A stretch of 64,000 nt of DNA from Candidatus Eiseniibacteriota bacterium. GTDB taxonomy: Bacteria; Eisenbacteria; RBG-16-71-46; CAIMUX01; VGJL01. The stretch is taken from the NCBI GenBank assembly GCA_016867495.1, contig VGJL01000001.1:7421-71420 (forward strand), read 5' to 3'. The notes beneath the pieces are model-generated. The model worked only from the letters and a program-made list of their open reading frames with translations. It had not been told where the DNA came from and did no database searches. This document shows, piece by piece, positions 9,357-18,690 of the stretch. Positions within the stretch are counted from its first letter, which is position 1. Every line of letters begins with the position of its first letter. Made by a program: the position numbers and the translations under genes.

Positions 9357-10412
9357 CTAGGCGGACAGGTGGGAAAACAGGCCCCGGTTGTCCGTTGCCC
9401 ATCGGATGAGCCGCGCGACACCATCGGCCGGAGAGACGAGGGGCTCCCATCCGAGCTCCCTGCGGGCCTTCTCGATGCTCGAGATATAGACCTTCTGATC
9501 GCTCGGCCTCCAGGGCCCGTAGGCGCACCGGACGGGGCGCCCGAGGTGACCCCTCAGGAGCTCGAGAAGTTCGAGCAACGATAGGGTGTTCCGCGGCCCG
9601 CCGCCCAGGTTGTAGACACCGACCTGCGGTCCTCTCTCGATGAAACACTCATAGGCGCGGATCAGATCATCGACCCAGAGGACGTCGCGGACCTGGCGCC
9701 CGTCCCCGAAGATCGTCAGCGGCGCGCCGGCCAGCGAGGCCAGAACGAACCATGCGACCCATCCCTGGTCCTCAAGCCCGAATTGCCGCGTGCCATAGAT
9801 GCACGACATCCGGAAAACACCCACGCGGAGGCCATACAGGTGGCCATAATCCTGCGCGTAGAGGTCCCCCGCCAGCTTCGAGCATCCGTACGGCGTGTGC
9901 TCGCAGAGGTCGATTCCGTAGCCTTCGGGTATTCCGCCCTCGTAGTCCCCTGCGAAGAGATAACGGTCCTTCTCCTCTCGCAGCGGAACGCGATTCACAT
10001 TCGCGCCGTAGACCTTGTTGGTCGAGCAGTAGAGCACCGTCGGCCGCGTCGGGGAGAGCCGCGCCGCCTCGAGGACGCGAAAGGTGCCCAGGGCATTGGA
10101 AAGGAAGTCGGTCTCCGGATCGACCGTCGACGTGGTGACGGCCGTCTGCGCGGCGGCGTGCAGTACGGCATCGGCATCCCTCAGGGCGCGATCCATGACG
10201 CCCGGTTCGCGGATGTCGGCCCGGATCCTTTCGATGCTCGACATGGAACCGAGGCGGTCCCAGTTGTATTGGGCGTTCGGATCCTCGCGACGCAGGAGAC
10301 GCCCGCGCGAGAGGTTGTCGACCACGACCACCGCGTGGCCGCGCGCCGCGAAACTCTCCGCGGCGTGCGAACCGATGAAGCCCGCCCCTCCGGTCACGAC
10401 GATGCGCGCCAT
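9357..10412 (-). CDS. NAD-dependent epimerase/dehydratase (extended SDR; CDP-sugar 2-epimerase-like)
   Basis: An N-terminal Rossmann motif VVTGGAGFIGSH is present. A YxxxK-type motif sits in YGCSKLAGDLY. The size is 351 aa. Confidence 0.85.
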   Translation of the reverse strand: MARIVVTGGAGFIGSHAAESFAARGHAVVVVDNLSRGRLLRREDPNAQYNWDRLGSMSSIERIRADIREPGVMDRALRDADAVLHAAAQTAVTTSTVDPETDFLSNALGTFRVLEAARLSPTRPTVLYCSTNKVYGANVNRVPLREEKDRYLFAGDYEGGIPEGYGIDLCEHTPYGCSKLAGDLYAQDYGHLYGLRVGVFRMSCIYGTRQFGLEDQGWVAWFVLASLAGAPLTIFGDGRQVRDVLWVDDLIRAYECFIERGPQVGVYNLGGGPRNTLSLLELLELLRGHLGRPVRCAYGPWRPSDQKVYISSIEKARRELGWEPLVSPADGVARLIRWATDNRGLFSHLSA

Positions 10413-10531
10413 TCCAGATCTCCCGCGCCGCCATTACGGCACGACGTCAGACTATCGAGCCGGACGTCGGGTGGCAAGCCGCGCGGCCAGCGAGGACGCG
10501 GGGGTTCCGGGGCGAATCGCTGATCGACCGC

Positions 10532-11461
10532 TCAAGGGCGTTCCCCGTCGATGACGCTCACGCTGAAGGAGTGGGCCGTCCCGGTCTCCTGCTCCGGGAC
10601 ATAGGCATAGCCGAACCGAATCTTGCCGAGGGGGATCTCCACTCCCCCGCTGATCGTCGCCGGCTCGGCGCGCCGATCGCCGCGAACCGCGAGACCGGCC
10701 AAGAGAGAGGACCCGGCAGGACCTTCGAGGCGGACCCCAGTCAGAGCCCGGGCCTCGCCGCCTCGCTCGGCGACCAGGCTCAACGCGATCTGTCCCTTCC
10801 GGGCCAGCCGCATCGCCCCGCCCAGAGCGACCTCGGCCGGAAGCGGATAGCGATCCTCTTCCCCTTCGCAGTCCGGACCGAGGTTGCGGCCGCAGGCGGC
10901 GAGGGTGAAGGGGCCGGTGTCATACTCAAGACCGGCGCCAAGAGCGACGCCGCCGGCGGGCCTGCCGGGCAGATGAAGACGCATCATGTGGAGCGACGCG
11001 CCCAGACGGAGACCCGGCGCCACCGGGCGCGCATACCCCAGGCCTCCAACGACCTCGGCCGGGGCGAAGGTCCCGCCCTCGCTCCCGTCCGAGTCATAGG
11101 CCGGCATCGCCCCGGCGTGTAGCGCCGAGATTTCCGCAGCGCAGACGCCGCCGAGCATGCCCGCGCTGGCGCCCGCCCACTCCAACTTGAGGCCCCACAT
11201 CCAGTCCTGATGGGCCATGCCGATCCAGGGGGATCTCTCGCTGGCGAGCCCGGCCGGGTTTGCGCGCAAGGCGCTCGGACCAGCCTCCGCCGCGCAGTGC
11301 TGCCCACCCCGCGCGATTTGGGCCGATGTGACGGGTCTTCTGAGCGACTCGAAGGCGAAGATCCCGCCCCCGGCACCGGATGAGCCCACAGAGAGGCATA
11401 TGCAGACGGCAGCGGAAACCGCAGAGAGGATCGGCTTGCTCGAGGCTCTCAGGTCGGACAT
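10532..11461 (-). CDS. hypothetical secreted/outer-membrane protein (possible beta-barrel)
   Basis: There is a signal-peptide-like N-terminus. The sequence is Gly/Ala-rich with alternating hydrophobic patterns. It is embedded between nucleotide-sugar genes, and no family was recognised. Confidence 0.35.
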   Translation of the reverse strand: MSDLRASSKPILSAVSAAVCICLSVGSSGAGGGIFAFESLRRPVTSAQIARGGQHCAAEAGPSALRANPAGLASERSPWIGMAHQDWMWGLKLEWAGASAGMLGGVCAAEISALHAGAMPAYDSDGSEGGTFAPAEVVGGLGYARPVAPGLRLGASLHMMRLHLPGRPAGGVALGAGLEYDTGPFTLAACGRNLGPDCEGEEDRYPLPAEVALGGAMRLARKGQIALSLVAERGGEARALTGVRLEGPAGSSLLAGLAVRGDRRAEPATISGGVEIPLGKIRFGYAYVPEQETGTAHSFSVSVIDGERP

Positions 11462-11653
11462 GGCCCTGACAAACGCCGCGATATTCGTGCCTGTCGGCGC
11501 AATCGGGCATGGAGACCAGCGCAGGGCGTAAAAGAGCTATTACCTGCGCGTTACGCGTTTCTTTGAGGAGGAGGGAAAGGGATCTCTCTCACCGCAAACG
11601 GGCGTCGACCTTGCGGATTGCACGGCGCCCTGGCGACCTGCCAGAGACGAGTG

Positions 11654-12610
11654 TCACTTCTGCGCTTCGTCCGACGCCTGGACGGTCAAGCGGATCCCGT
11701 CCTCGAACCCGATCGTGGGCGCGAATCCCAGGAGCTGCCTGGCCAGCGAGACATCGGCCTGCGAGTCGCGAACATCCCCCTCCCGCGGCGGCGCGAACAC
11801 GGGCTTCGGCTCCCGTCCCATGAGACGCCCTAGATGATCCAGAAGCGCAAGGAGCGAGATTCGCTCTCCGCAGGCCACATTGAGGGCCTGGCCGCCAAGG
11901 CGCGGGCCGTCGAGGGCCTTCAGGTTCGCTTCCACCACGTTCGCGACATAGGTGAAGTCGCGCGTCTGGTTCCCGTCCCCGTAGATCGTCGGCGATCGCC
12001 CCTCCGCGAGAGCCCGAATGAAGAGCGGGATCACGGCGGCATAGGGCGACTCAGGGTCCTGTCGCGGGCCGAAGACATTGAAGTAACGCAGAGTCACGGT
12101 TCCCATCCCATAGAGCTCGGCGTACAGCCGAGCATACTGCTCCGCGACCAGCTTGGAGAGGGCGTACGGCGATCGCGGCGCGGCCGCCATGCTCTCGCGC
12201 TTCGGCAGCTCGGGCTGATCGCCATAGACCGAAGAGGACCCCGCGAGGACGAATCGCTCCACACCCGCCCTCCGGCATGCCTCGAGCAGGATGAGGGTTC
12301 CATCCGCGTTCACCTGATGAGTGGTCCAGGGATCGCGGACCGACCTCTCGACGGACGGAAGGGCCGCCTGATGGGAGACCGCCACGACACCCTCCACCGC
12401 GTCCGAGACCGTGGCGGCGTCCCGGACGTCTCCTTGGATGAAGTCGATCCTGTCCGGATAGCGCGAGAGCAGGGCCTCCACATTCTGTCGCCGCCCGGTC
12501 GACAGGTCGTCGAGGATCCGAACCGCACGGCCCCTCGCGGCCAGCCCATCGGCCAGATGGGAGCCTATGAAGCCGGCTCCCCCCGTTACAAGGACCAGTT
12601 CCCTCATCAT
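11654..12610 (-). CDS. UDP-sugar 4-epimerase of the WbpP/TviC/CapI type (extended SDR)
   Basis: The motifs LVTGGAGFIGSHL, YALSKLVAEQY (YxxxK) and RYFNVFGPRQDP are present. An ATGATG start at 12610/12607 is preceded by GGAGG. The six-frame ORF is 5'-extended to 12709. Confidence 0.8.
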   Translation of the reverse strand: MMRELVLVTGGAGFIGSHLADGLAARGRAVRILDDLSTGRRQNVEALLSRYPDRIDFIQGDVRDAATVSDAVEGVVAVSHQAALPSVERSVRDPWTTHQVNADGTLILLEACRRAGVERFVLAGSSSVYGDQPELPKRESMAAAPRSPYALSKLVAEQYARLYAELYGMGTVTLRYFNVFGPRQDPESPYAAVIPLFIRALAEGRSPTIYGDGNQTRDFTYVANVVEANLKALDGPRLGGQALNVACGERISLLALLDHLGRLMGREPKPVFAPPREGDVRDSQADVSLARQLLGFAPTIGFEDGIRLTVQASDEAQK

Positions 12611-12620
12611 CCTCCCCGTC

Positions 12621-13916
12621 TCAGAGCCGGAACAGCTTTGGGCTTTCAACGCCCTTCCAGACGTTGCGCGTGTCGACCACCAAGCGGCTCTGCGCAAGGA
12701 TGCGCCCATAGTCGATCGAGCGGTGATTCGTGATCACGACAGCGCAGTCGTAATCCTCGAGGACCGCGTCGTTCAGCTCGACCGACTCCAGGCGCGCCTC
12801 CCCGAACTCGAGCTCAGGGACCCGGGGATCGTGGTAGTCGACATCGCCCCCCATCTCCTTCAGCAAACCTATGACGTCCAGGGCAGGCGACTCGCGCGTG
12901 TCGTCGATATCGGCCTTGTAGGCGACGCCGATCACCAGGACGCGGGCGCCATTGACGCTCATGCGTATCGAGTTCAGGGCGCTGACGACCCGGGCGACCA
13001 CTTCTCGCGGCATCTCCGAGTTCACCTGGCCCGCAAGCTCGATGAAACGCGCCTCGAAGCCGGCCGCTCGAGCTTTCCACGACAGGTAGAAGGGATCGAT
13101 CGGAATGCAATGGCCCCCGAGCCCCGGTCCAGGATAGAAGGGCATGAAACCGAAGGGCTTCGTGGCCGCAGCATCGATCACTTCCCAGACATCGATCCCC
13201 ATGCGGTGGCAGAGCAGCGCCATCTCGTTCACCAGCCCGATGTTGACGCTCCGGAAAGTGTTCTCCAGGAGCTTCACCATCTCGGCGACCTTCGGGGAGC
13301 TGACCGGCACGACGGTCTCGAGCGTGCACCCATAGAGGAGCGCCGCCAGCCGCGTGCACTCGGGAGTCACTCCGCCCACGACCTTGGGGATGTTGCGCGT
13401 TTGGTAGACCGAATTGCCGGGATCGACTCTCTCGGGCGAGAAGGCCAGGTAGAGGTCGGTCCCGACCTTCAGGCCTGACTCCTCGAGAGACGACTGGATC
13501 AGCTCCTCCGTTGTGCCGGGGTAGGTCGTGCTTTCCAGGATGATGAGCATCCCCGGATGGAGGTGGCGTCCGATCTGGTCGACCGCGGATACTATGTACG
13601 ACACATCCGGATCTCGCGTCTTGCGCAAGGGCGTCGGCACGCAGATGTTGACGACATCACAGGCGGCCAGCGCCGACGCATCGGTTGTCGCATCAAGCCT
13701 TCCGGACTCGACTAGAGGGGCCAGGTCGTCCCCGGGGACATCCTGCACGTACGAGATGCCGCGCATCACATGCTGAGCCTTCATCGGATCGGCCTCGACA
13801 CCGGTCACGCGGAATCCCGAGCGCGCAAACTCGACGGCCAGCGGGAGACCCACGTATCCCAGCCCAATCACCCCCAGGTGCGCCGTCCGCTCGCGTATCT
13901 TCGTCTCCAGATCCAC
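12621..13916 (-). CDS. nucleotide-sugar 6-dehydrogenase (UDP-glucose/GDP-mannose dehydrogenase family; WbpA/TviB-like)
   Basis: An NAD-binding motif VIGLGYVGLPLA and a catalytic-Cys motif GFMPFYPGPGLGGHCIPIDP are present. A likely GTG start at 13916 is preceded by AAGAAGGGGGAG. The ATG at 14042 is an alternative and would add an R/S-rich 40 aa. Confidence 0.85.
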   Translation of the reverse strand: MDLETKIRERTAHLGVIGLGYVGLPLAVEFARSGFRVTGVEADPMKAQHVMRGISYVQDVPGDDLAPLVESGRLDATTDASALAACDVVNICVPTPLRKTRDPDVSYIVSAVDQIGRHLHPGMLIILESTTYPGTTEELIQSSLEESGLKVGTDLYLAFSPERVDPGNSVYQTRNIPKVVGGVTPECTRLAALLYGCTLETVVPVSSPKVAEMVKLLENTFRSVNIGLVNEMALLCHRMGIDVWEVIDAAATKPFGFMPFYPGPGLGGHCIPIDPFYLSWKARAAGFEARFIELAGQVNSEMPREVVARVVSALNSIRMSVNGARVLVIGVAYKADIDDTRESPALDVIGLLKEMGGDVDYHDPRVPELEFGEARLESVELNDAVLEDYDCAVVITNHRSIDYGRILAQSRLVVDTRNVWKGVESPKLFRL

Positions 13917-14200
13917 GATCTCCCCCTTCTTTTCTAGAAGTGATCGGTTGGATGCGGCGGCGCTTGAGCCGGATCCCACTTGGCAGCCCGTCGACCGCCG
14001 GGGCGATCCCCTCTTACTCCACGATCCTTCGCGCCCGCCCACCCGTTTGGACGATAGGGCAGCGCGCGACGGCGGGCAATCATCCCCATTTGCCTCGGAA
14101 TCCCCGGAACCGTATGCTGTTCTTGACAGTTGAAGAAGAACCGGCCGGCCGAAGAGAGTAGGGCGGCTGATGCCGGAGGGGCACGGAGGGAGATCGAATC

Positions 14201-15811
14201 ATGGGACTGAAGCGAACAGGCCTGGTCTTGACCGGATGCGTCTTCCTCGCGGCGCTCTTGATCGGCGTCCTCTTCCTGAACAACGGGATCGCCTCTGGCG
14301 GGAGCGTCTACACGCAGCTTCAGGTTCTCACCGAGGTGCTCCGGCTGGTCACCGAGAACTATGTCGAAGAGGCCGACGGGACCGCTCTGGTCAATGGGGC
14401 GATCGCCGGCATGCTCGACGAGCTCGATCCCCACTCCACCTACTTGGACCCGGACCGCTACAGGCGCATGCAGGAGCGCAACCGCGGCATGTACTACGGC
14501 ATCGGCGTCTCCTTCGAGATCGTCGACGGCGATCTCACGGTGGTCTCCGCCATCGATGGCTCCCCCTCCCACAAGCTCGGCATCCGGCCCGGCGACGTCA
14601 TCGTCAAGATCGACGGCGTCTCGGCCAAGGGTATCAAGCAGGAAGAGGTTTTCGACAAGCTCAGGGGCGAGCGGGGAACGATCGTGCACGTGACGATCCG
14701 CCGCCCCGGGGAAGAAGAGCTTCACGAGTTCGACATCGTGCGCGATGAGATCCCCATCTTCAGCGTCCCGTATTCCTTCATGCTGCGACCAGGCGTCGGG
14801 TATGTCCGGATGATCCGCTTCTCCGGCACGACCAGCGACGAGCTCGAGGAAGCGCTCCAGAAGCTCGAATCGCAGGGGATGGAGGAGTTGATCCTCGACC
14901 TCAGGGGCAACGCGGGCGGTTTCTTGAACGAGGCGATCGAGGTGGCGGACAAGTTCCTGCCCGCCGGCAAGAAGCTGGTCTACACCGTCGGCCGGATTCC
15001 TGACTCGAGCGAGGAGTACTATTCGACCGGGCGCGGGAAGCACACGCGCTACCCCCTCGTGCTGCTCATCGATCACTACAGCGCCAGCGCTTCGGAGATC
15101 GTCTCAGGGGCCGTTCAGGATTGGGACCGCGGCCTCGTCGTGGGCCAGACGAGCTTCGGCAAGGGCCTGGTCCAGCGGCAGTACCAGCTCAAGAACGGAG
15201 GCGCCCTCCTCCTGACCGTCGCCCGCTACTACACTCCCAGCGGTCGCCTGATCCAGCGAGACTACTCTGACAAGGAGCAGTACATGAGAGCCGAGCTCGA
15301 CGACGGCGCGCCGGAAGCCTCTCCGGATGTCGAGGCGGCCGAGATGCCCGAATTCAAGACCGCGGCCGGCCGGATCGTCTACGGCGGCGGCGGCATCACG
15401 CCTGATGTGAAGCTCACCGAACGGTGGCTCTACAGCAGGCTGCAGCGCGCGCTGGACCGCTCCTACTTCGACTTCGCGAACCGCTTCGTGAATGAGAGTC
15501 GCTACCGGCCGCCCAGCTTCGATGAGTTCCGCCAGAGTTTCGTGGTCACGGATGAGGTCTTGCGCTCCTATGAGGCCTTTCTCAAGGACCGCGAGGTCAA
15601 GTACGAGCCGGACAGCCTCAAGGCGGAGATCGATCAGGTCCGATCAGGGATCAAGCGCGAGATGGCCCGCAATCTCTGGGGAGAGAACGAGCGCTGGCAG
15701 ATCCTGATCGAGTCGGATCCACAGGTGCTCGCCGCGCTCGACCTTCTGCCTCAGGCCGAGTTGATGGCGCGCAACGAACCGGCCGGCGACTGGCAGACGC
15801 GATCGCGCTAG
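14201..15811 (+). CDS. ctpA: carboxyl-terminal processing protease (S41 family, PDZ-containing)
   Basis: There is a signal/TM N-terminus. A PDZ segment (GIGVSFEIVDGDLTVVSAIDGSPSHKLGIRPGDVIVKIDG) is followed by the S41 catalytic region (LIDHYSASASEIVSGA, GQTSFGKGLVQ). A GGAGGGAG RBS lies 9 nt upstream. Confidence 0.9.
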   Translation: MGLKRTGLVLTGCVFLAALLIGVLFLNNGIASGGSVYTQLQVLTEVLRLVTENYVEEADGTALVNGAIAGMLDELDPHSTYLDPDRYRRMQERNRGMYYGIGVSFEIVDGDLTVVSAIDGSPSHKLGIRPGDVIVKIDGVSAKGIKQEEVFDKLRGERGTIVHVTIRRPGEEELHEFDIVRDEIPIFSVPYSFMLRPGVGYVRMIRFSGTTSDELEEALQKLESQGMEELILDLRGNAGGFLNEAIEVADKFLPAGKKLVYTVGRIPDSSEEYYSTGRGKHTRYPLVLLIDHYSASASEIVSGAVQDWDRGLVVGQTSFGKGLVQRQYQLKNGGALLLTVARYYTPSGRLIQRDYSDKEQYMRAELDDGAPEASPDVEAAEMPEFKTAAGRIVYGGGGITPDVKLTERWLYSRLQRALDRSYFDFANRFVNESRYRPPSFDEFRQSFVVTDEVLRSYEAFLKDREVKYEPDSLKAEIDQVRSGIKREMARNLWGENERWQILIESDPQVLAALDLLPQAELMARNEPAGDWQTRSR

Positions 15812-15916
15812 CAGCCCAGGCTTTGGCGCCAGGTTCGGCGATGCCTCGCCGGGAGGCCCCGGAACCGACGTCATCTCCATTCCCCCCGCCGACGGCATGG
15901 AGCCGAGGGCCGGCGG

Positions 15917-17815
15917 CTACGGCATGTTGCCGGCCGTCGTCACCATGATCTCGTTCGACGGACTGGCGTGCCCCCCCTTGTCCCTGACGTAGACTCTGTA
16001 GTAGTAGCTCTGGTTCGTCTGGAGCCCCTGATCGATCCACCTGGTGCGCTCGGCCTCGGTGATCGTCGCGATCAGCTGGTCATCTTCTCCGACTCCGGCG
16101 CTCGGCGAACGGTAGAGACGGTAGGACTGGAAGTCCCTCTCTTCGCTCGCCGTCCATGACAGACCGATCGTCGTCTGCCCTACCGGATCGGGCGCGCTGA
16201 GGGTCACGGCGGCAGGGTAGAGGTCGTCGATGACCGCCGCCACCTCGTTGCTCACCGAGGCTGCGCCGAACGCGTCGACAACCTCTACGACGTAGCGGTA
16301 GGTGGCGCCTTCCTCGATCTCGCTGGCATCGGTGTGGGTCGTCGTCGCTGACGACTGGATCGTAATCAGGATCTTTCGGTTGGGGTCGCGCAGCACATCG
16401 TTCCGCTCACCTCGGATCAGCCTGTAGGCGGAGAAGTCGGCATCGAAGTTGCGGCTCCATGACAGATGAACCTCGCGCGCAGTGACGCCGAAGGGAGGAT
16501 CGAGGACGACTCCCGCCGGGGCATCGTTCGCGATCGGCCGGCCCATCACCTCGTTGCTGGGAGTCGAGAAGCCCAGGGGATCGACCACCTCCACGACATA
16601 GTAGTAGGTCGACTCAGGCGGGAGCCCCGTGTCGGTAGCGCTCGTCTGCGAGCGCGAGGAGATCTCCTGTAGCAGTCTGCGGGAAGGATCGGTCGCCACG
16701 CCCGGGCTCTCCGAGCGATAGACCACATAGCTCGCGAAGGGGAGCCCCTCCGGGGCGCGCGACCAGTGGAGCGTGATCTCGCGCGGACCCGCGCTGGTCG
16801 GCGTCTCGAGGACGACGGCGGGAGGATCGGCGTGCACGGTCAGCAAGCGCGGCGCCGCGAGCTCAGGAGCCTCGTTGCCTGCCTCATCAAGGAAGTGTCC
16901 CACCATCTCGGCGGCAAGGAACTGATGCGAACTCTCCGCCTCGTACGCCAGGACGAAGACCCCATCCGCCGCCGCCAGATCAGGGGCCGACCCGTCGTCC
17001 CGCATGGCCCGCCTCGGTCCGCCCCGCGTGATCTCCACCTCCGCCTGGCCCCCCGTCTCCCCCGCGACGAGTGTGAAGACGACGATCTCTCCAGGCGACC
17101 TGCTCTCGCTTCCCGAAAAGCTGAAGTCGCTGATCTCCGCGCGCGTGTCCAGTCGGATAGCGTCGCCGACGATCTCCGACGGATTCCCGTCCGCATCGGT
17201 GAAGCGCGCGTAGACCCTCTTGTCCCCATCGCCTTCCTCGAGAGTCCAGGCGAGCCTGGACGCGAACCCGACCGGGGATGATCCGCTCAAGTCCGCGGCC
17301 GATCCCAGCGTCACCGCAGCGGTCCCCGAGGGCCCGCGGAGATCCACCAGGACGGAGCGCGCGTTCGTCACGGGCCGCCCATCGGCGATGGCCACGGCAT
17401 AGAGTCCGGGTGTCGCGAGCGCCTCGCGGGATCGAACCCCCTCCAGCCCGTTGTCCAGAACCGCACTCACGGAGAACCAGGCGCTCGCTCCGTTGGCCAG
17501 GCCCTCGACCGCGCATGGACTTGTCCCGGAGGAGTCAGCGAGCTCGATCTCGCCGGAAACCGGATCCTTCCTGTAGACGCGATAGGAGCGCACCCTGCTT
17601 GCCACCGAGGAGTCCGGCAACTGCCAGGAGACCGCGACGCGGCGGTTGCCGACCGTCGCCCCGACACCAGTCGGCACGGGCGGCCTCACCCCCCCGGCGT
17701 AGGGATCGCGTGGGTTCTGGCCGGCATCGAACGAGTGCTCCTTCGAGCACCCGGCCCCACCCGCAGCGAGGAGCACCACGAATCCCACTATTGCCAGCCT
17801 CTTTCTCGCCCTCAT
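15917..17815 (-). CDS. lipoprotein with three tandem fibronectin type III-like repeats
   Basis: A lipobox (LLAAGGAGCSK) follows the ATG at 17815, which forms a 4-nt overlap with the upstream gene's stop. There are three internal repeats of the form LSWS/LHWS...Y(R/V)(L/V)(I/Y)R...YYY(V/R)V. The six-frame ORF is 5'-extended to 17911. Confidence 0.7.
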   Translation of the reverse strand: MRARKRLAIVGFVVLLAAGGAGCSKEHSFDAGQNPRDPYAGGVRPPVPTGVGATVGNRRVAVSWQLPDSSVASRVRSYRVYRKDPVSGEIELADSSGTSPCAVEGLANGASAWFSVSAVLDNGLEGVRSREALATPGLYAVAIADGRPVTNARSVLVDLRGPSGTAAVTLGSAADLSGSSPVGFASRLAWTLEEGDGDKRVYARFTDADGNPSEIVGDAIRLDTRAEISDFSFSGSESRSPGEIVVFTLVAGETGGQAEVEITRGGPRRAMRDDGSAPDLAAADGVFVLAYEAESSHQFLAAEMVGHFLDEAGNEAPELAAPRLLTVHADPPAVVLETPTSAGPREITLHWSRAPEGLPFASYVVYRSESPGVATDPSRRLLQEISSRSQTSATDTGLPPESTYYYVVEVVDPLGFSTPSNEVMGRPIANDAPAGVVLDPPFGVTAREVHLSWSRNFDADFSAYRLIRGERNDVLRDPNRKILITIQSSATTTHTDASEIEEGATYRYVVEVVDAFGAASVSNEVAAVIDDLYPAAVTLSAPDPVGQTTIGLSWTASEERDFQSYRLYRSPSAGVGEDDQLIATITEAERTRWIDQGLQTNQSYYYRVYVRDKGGHASPSNEIMVTTAGNMP

Positions 17816-18648
17816 CGCTTCACTCCTCCATGCAGCGGCCACCGCAGCGAGAGGCCGATCCCGCTCGGTTCCTCCCCTCCCACAGCCAGCATCGGTCCAC
17901 CGGCCCCCCATGGGGCGACGCCCGCATAGATCCCCCCGGCAGGCTCCGGGAAGAAGAGAAAGGCGTCGAGGACCGAGAGCGCGTAGACGCCCACGGTCGC
18001 GACCAGAAGCACCTGGCGGCGGTCGTATGCCCTGTCGGCCCTTCGCTGCGCGCGCTCCATCTGCCTTCTCTTATCGTCGAGCCAGGTGACGTTCTCCTCA
18101 GCTAAGTAGGCATCCCTGGCGGCCCGAAACGACTCCACATGATCCTTGTAGTCCTCGTCCAGCCACCAGAGCCCCCCCACCGCGCCGAGGCTCCCGAGCA
18201 TGAAGAGGGCGCCCTTGCCCGGCTGCTCAGCGTAACGCTGTCCCCACCCAGGAAGCAGGACGGAGCGCGCCGCGGCCTTCCACCGTTGCTTGGGAACCAG
18301 CTCGATCGATAGGTCGCGAACATCGCCGGGCGCGATCTCGATCGTGCGGCGCCAGCGTTCGAACCCGCTGAGCGTAGCGCTCACCCAGTAGGTCCCTTGC
18401 AGGCCCCGTTGAAGGTCCCACGGGGTCGTGCCCCGCCATCGATGCGCCCCCGCCAGCGTCACCAGCGCACCGGATGGCTCCGATCGGATCCGGAGCACGC
18501 CCAAGGGGGCGAGGAGCGCGGGCGGAACTTGCTGGACTCCGGGCTCCTGTCCCCGGGCCGGCTCCGGCACGGCAAGCGTTGCGAACAGAAGCCCGATGAG
18601 CGTCGCGCCCCGGAGCCTCCTGGCGATCCCTGTTCCCGCGAGTCGCAT
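17812..18648 (-). CDS. PEGA-domain membrane protein (hypothetical)
   Basis: A signal peptide is followed by a PEGA-like segment (GALVTLAGAHRWRGTTPWDLQRGLQGTYWVSATLSGFERW). A TM helix (ALFMLGSLGAVGGLWWL) follows. It is operonic with the flanking genes. Confidence 0.5.
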   Translation of the reverse strand: MRLAGTGIARRLRGATLIGLLFATLAVPEPARGQEPGVQQVPPALLAPLGVLRIRSEPSGALVTLAGAHRWRGTTPWDLQRGLQGTYWVSATLSGFERWRRTIEIAPGDVRDLSIELVPKQRWKAAARSVLLPGWGQRYAEQPGKGALFMLGSLGAVGGLWWLDEDYKDHVESFRAARDAYLAEENVTWLDDKRRQMERAQRRADRAYDRRQVLLVATVGVYALSVLDAFLFFPEPAGGIYAGVAPWGAGGPMLAVGGEEPSGIGLSLRWPLHGGVKR

Positions 18649-18690
18649 CGATCCTCCTATGGTCCTATCTCGCCCGCCGTCGGGCTCTTC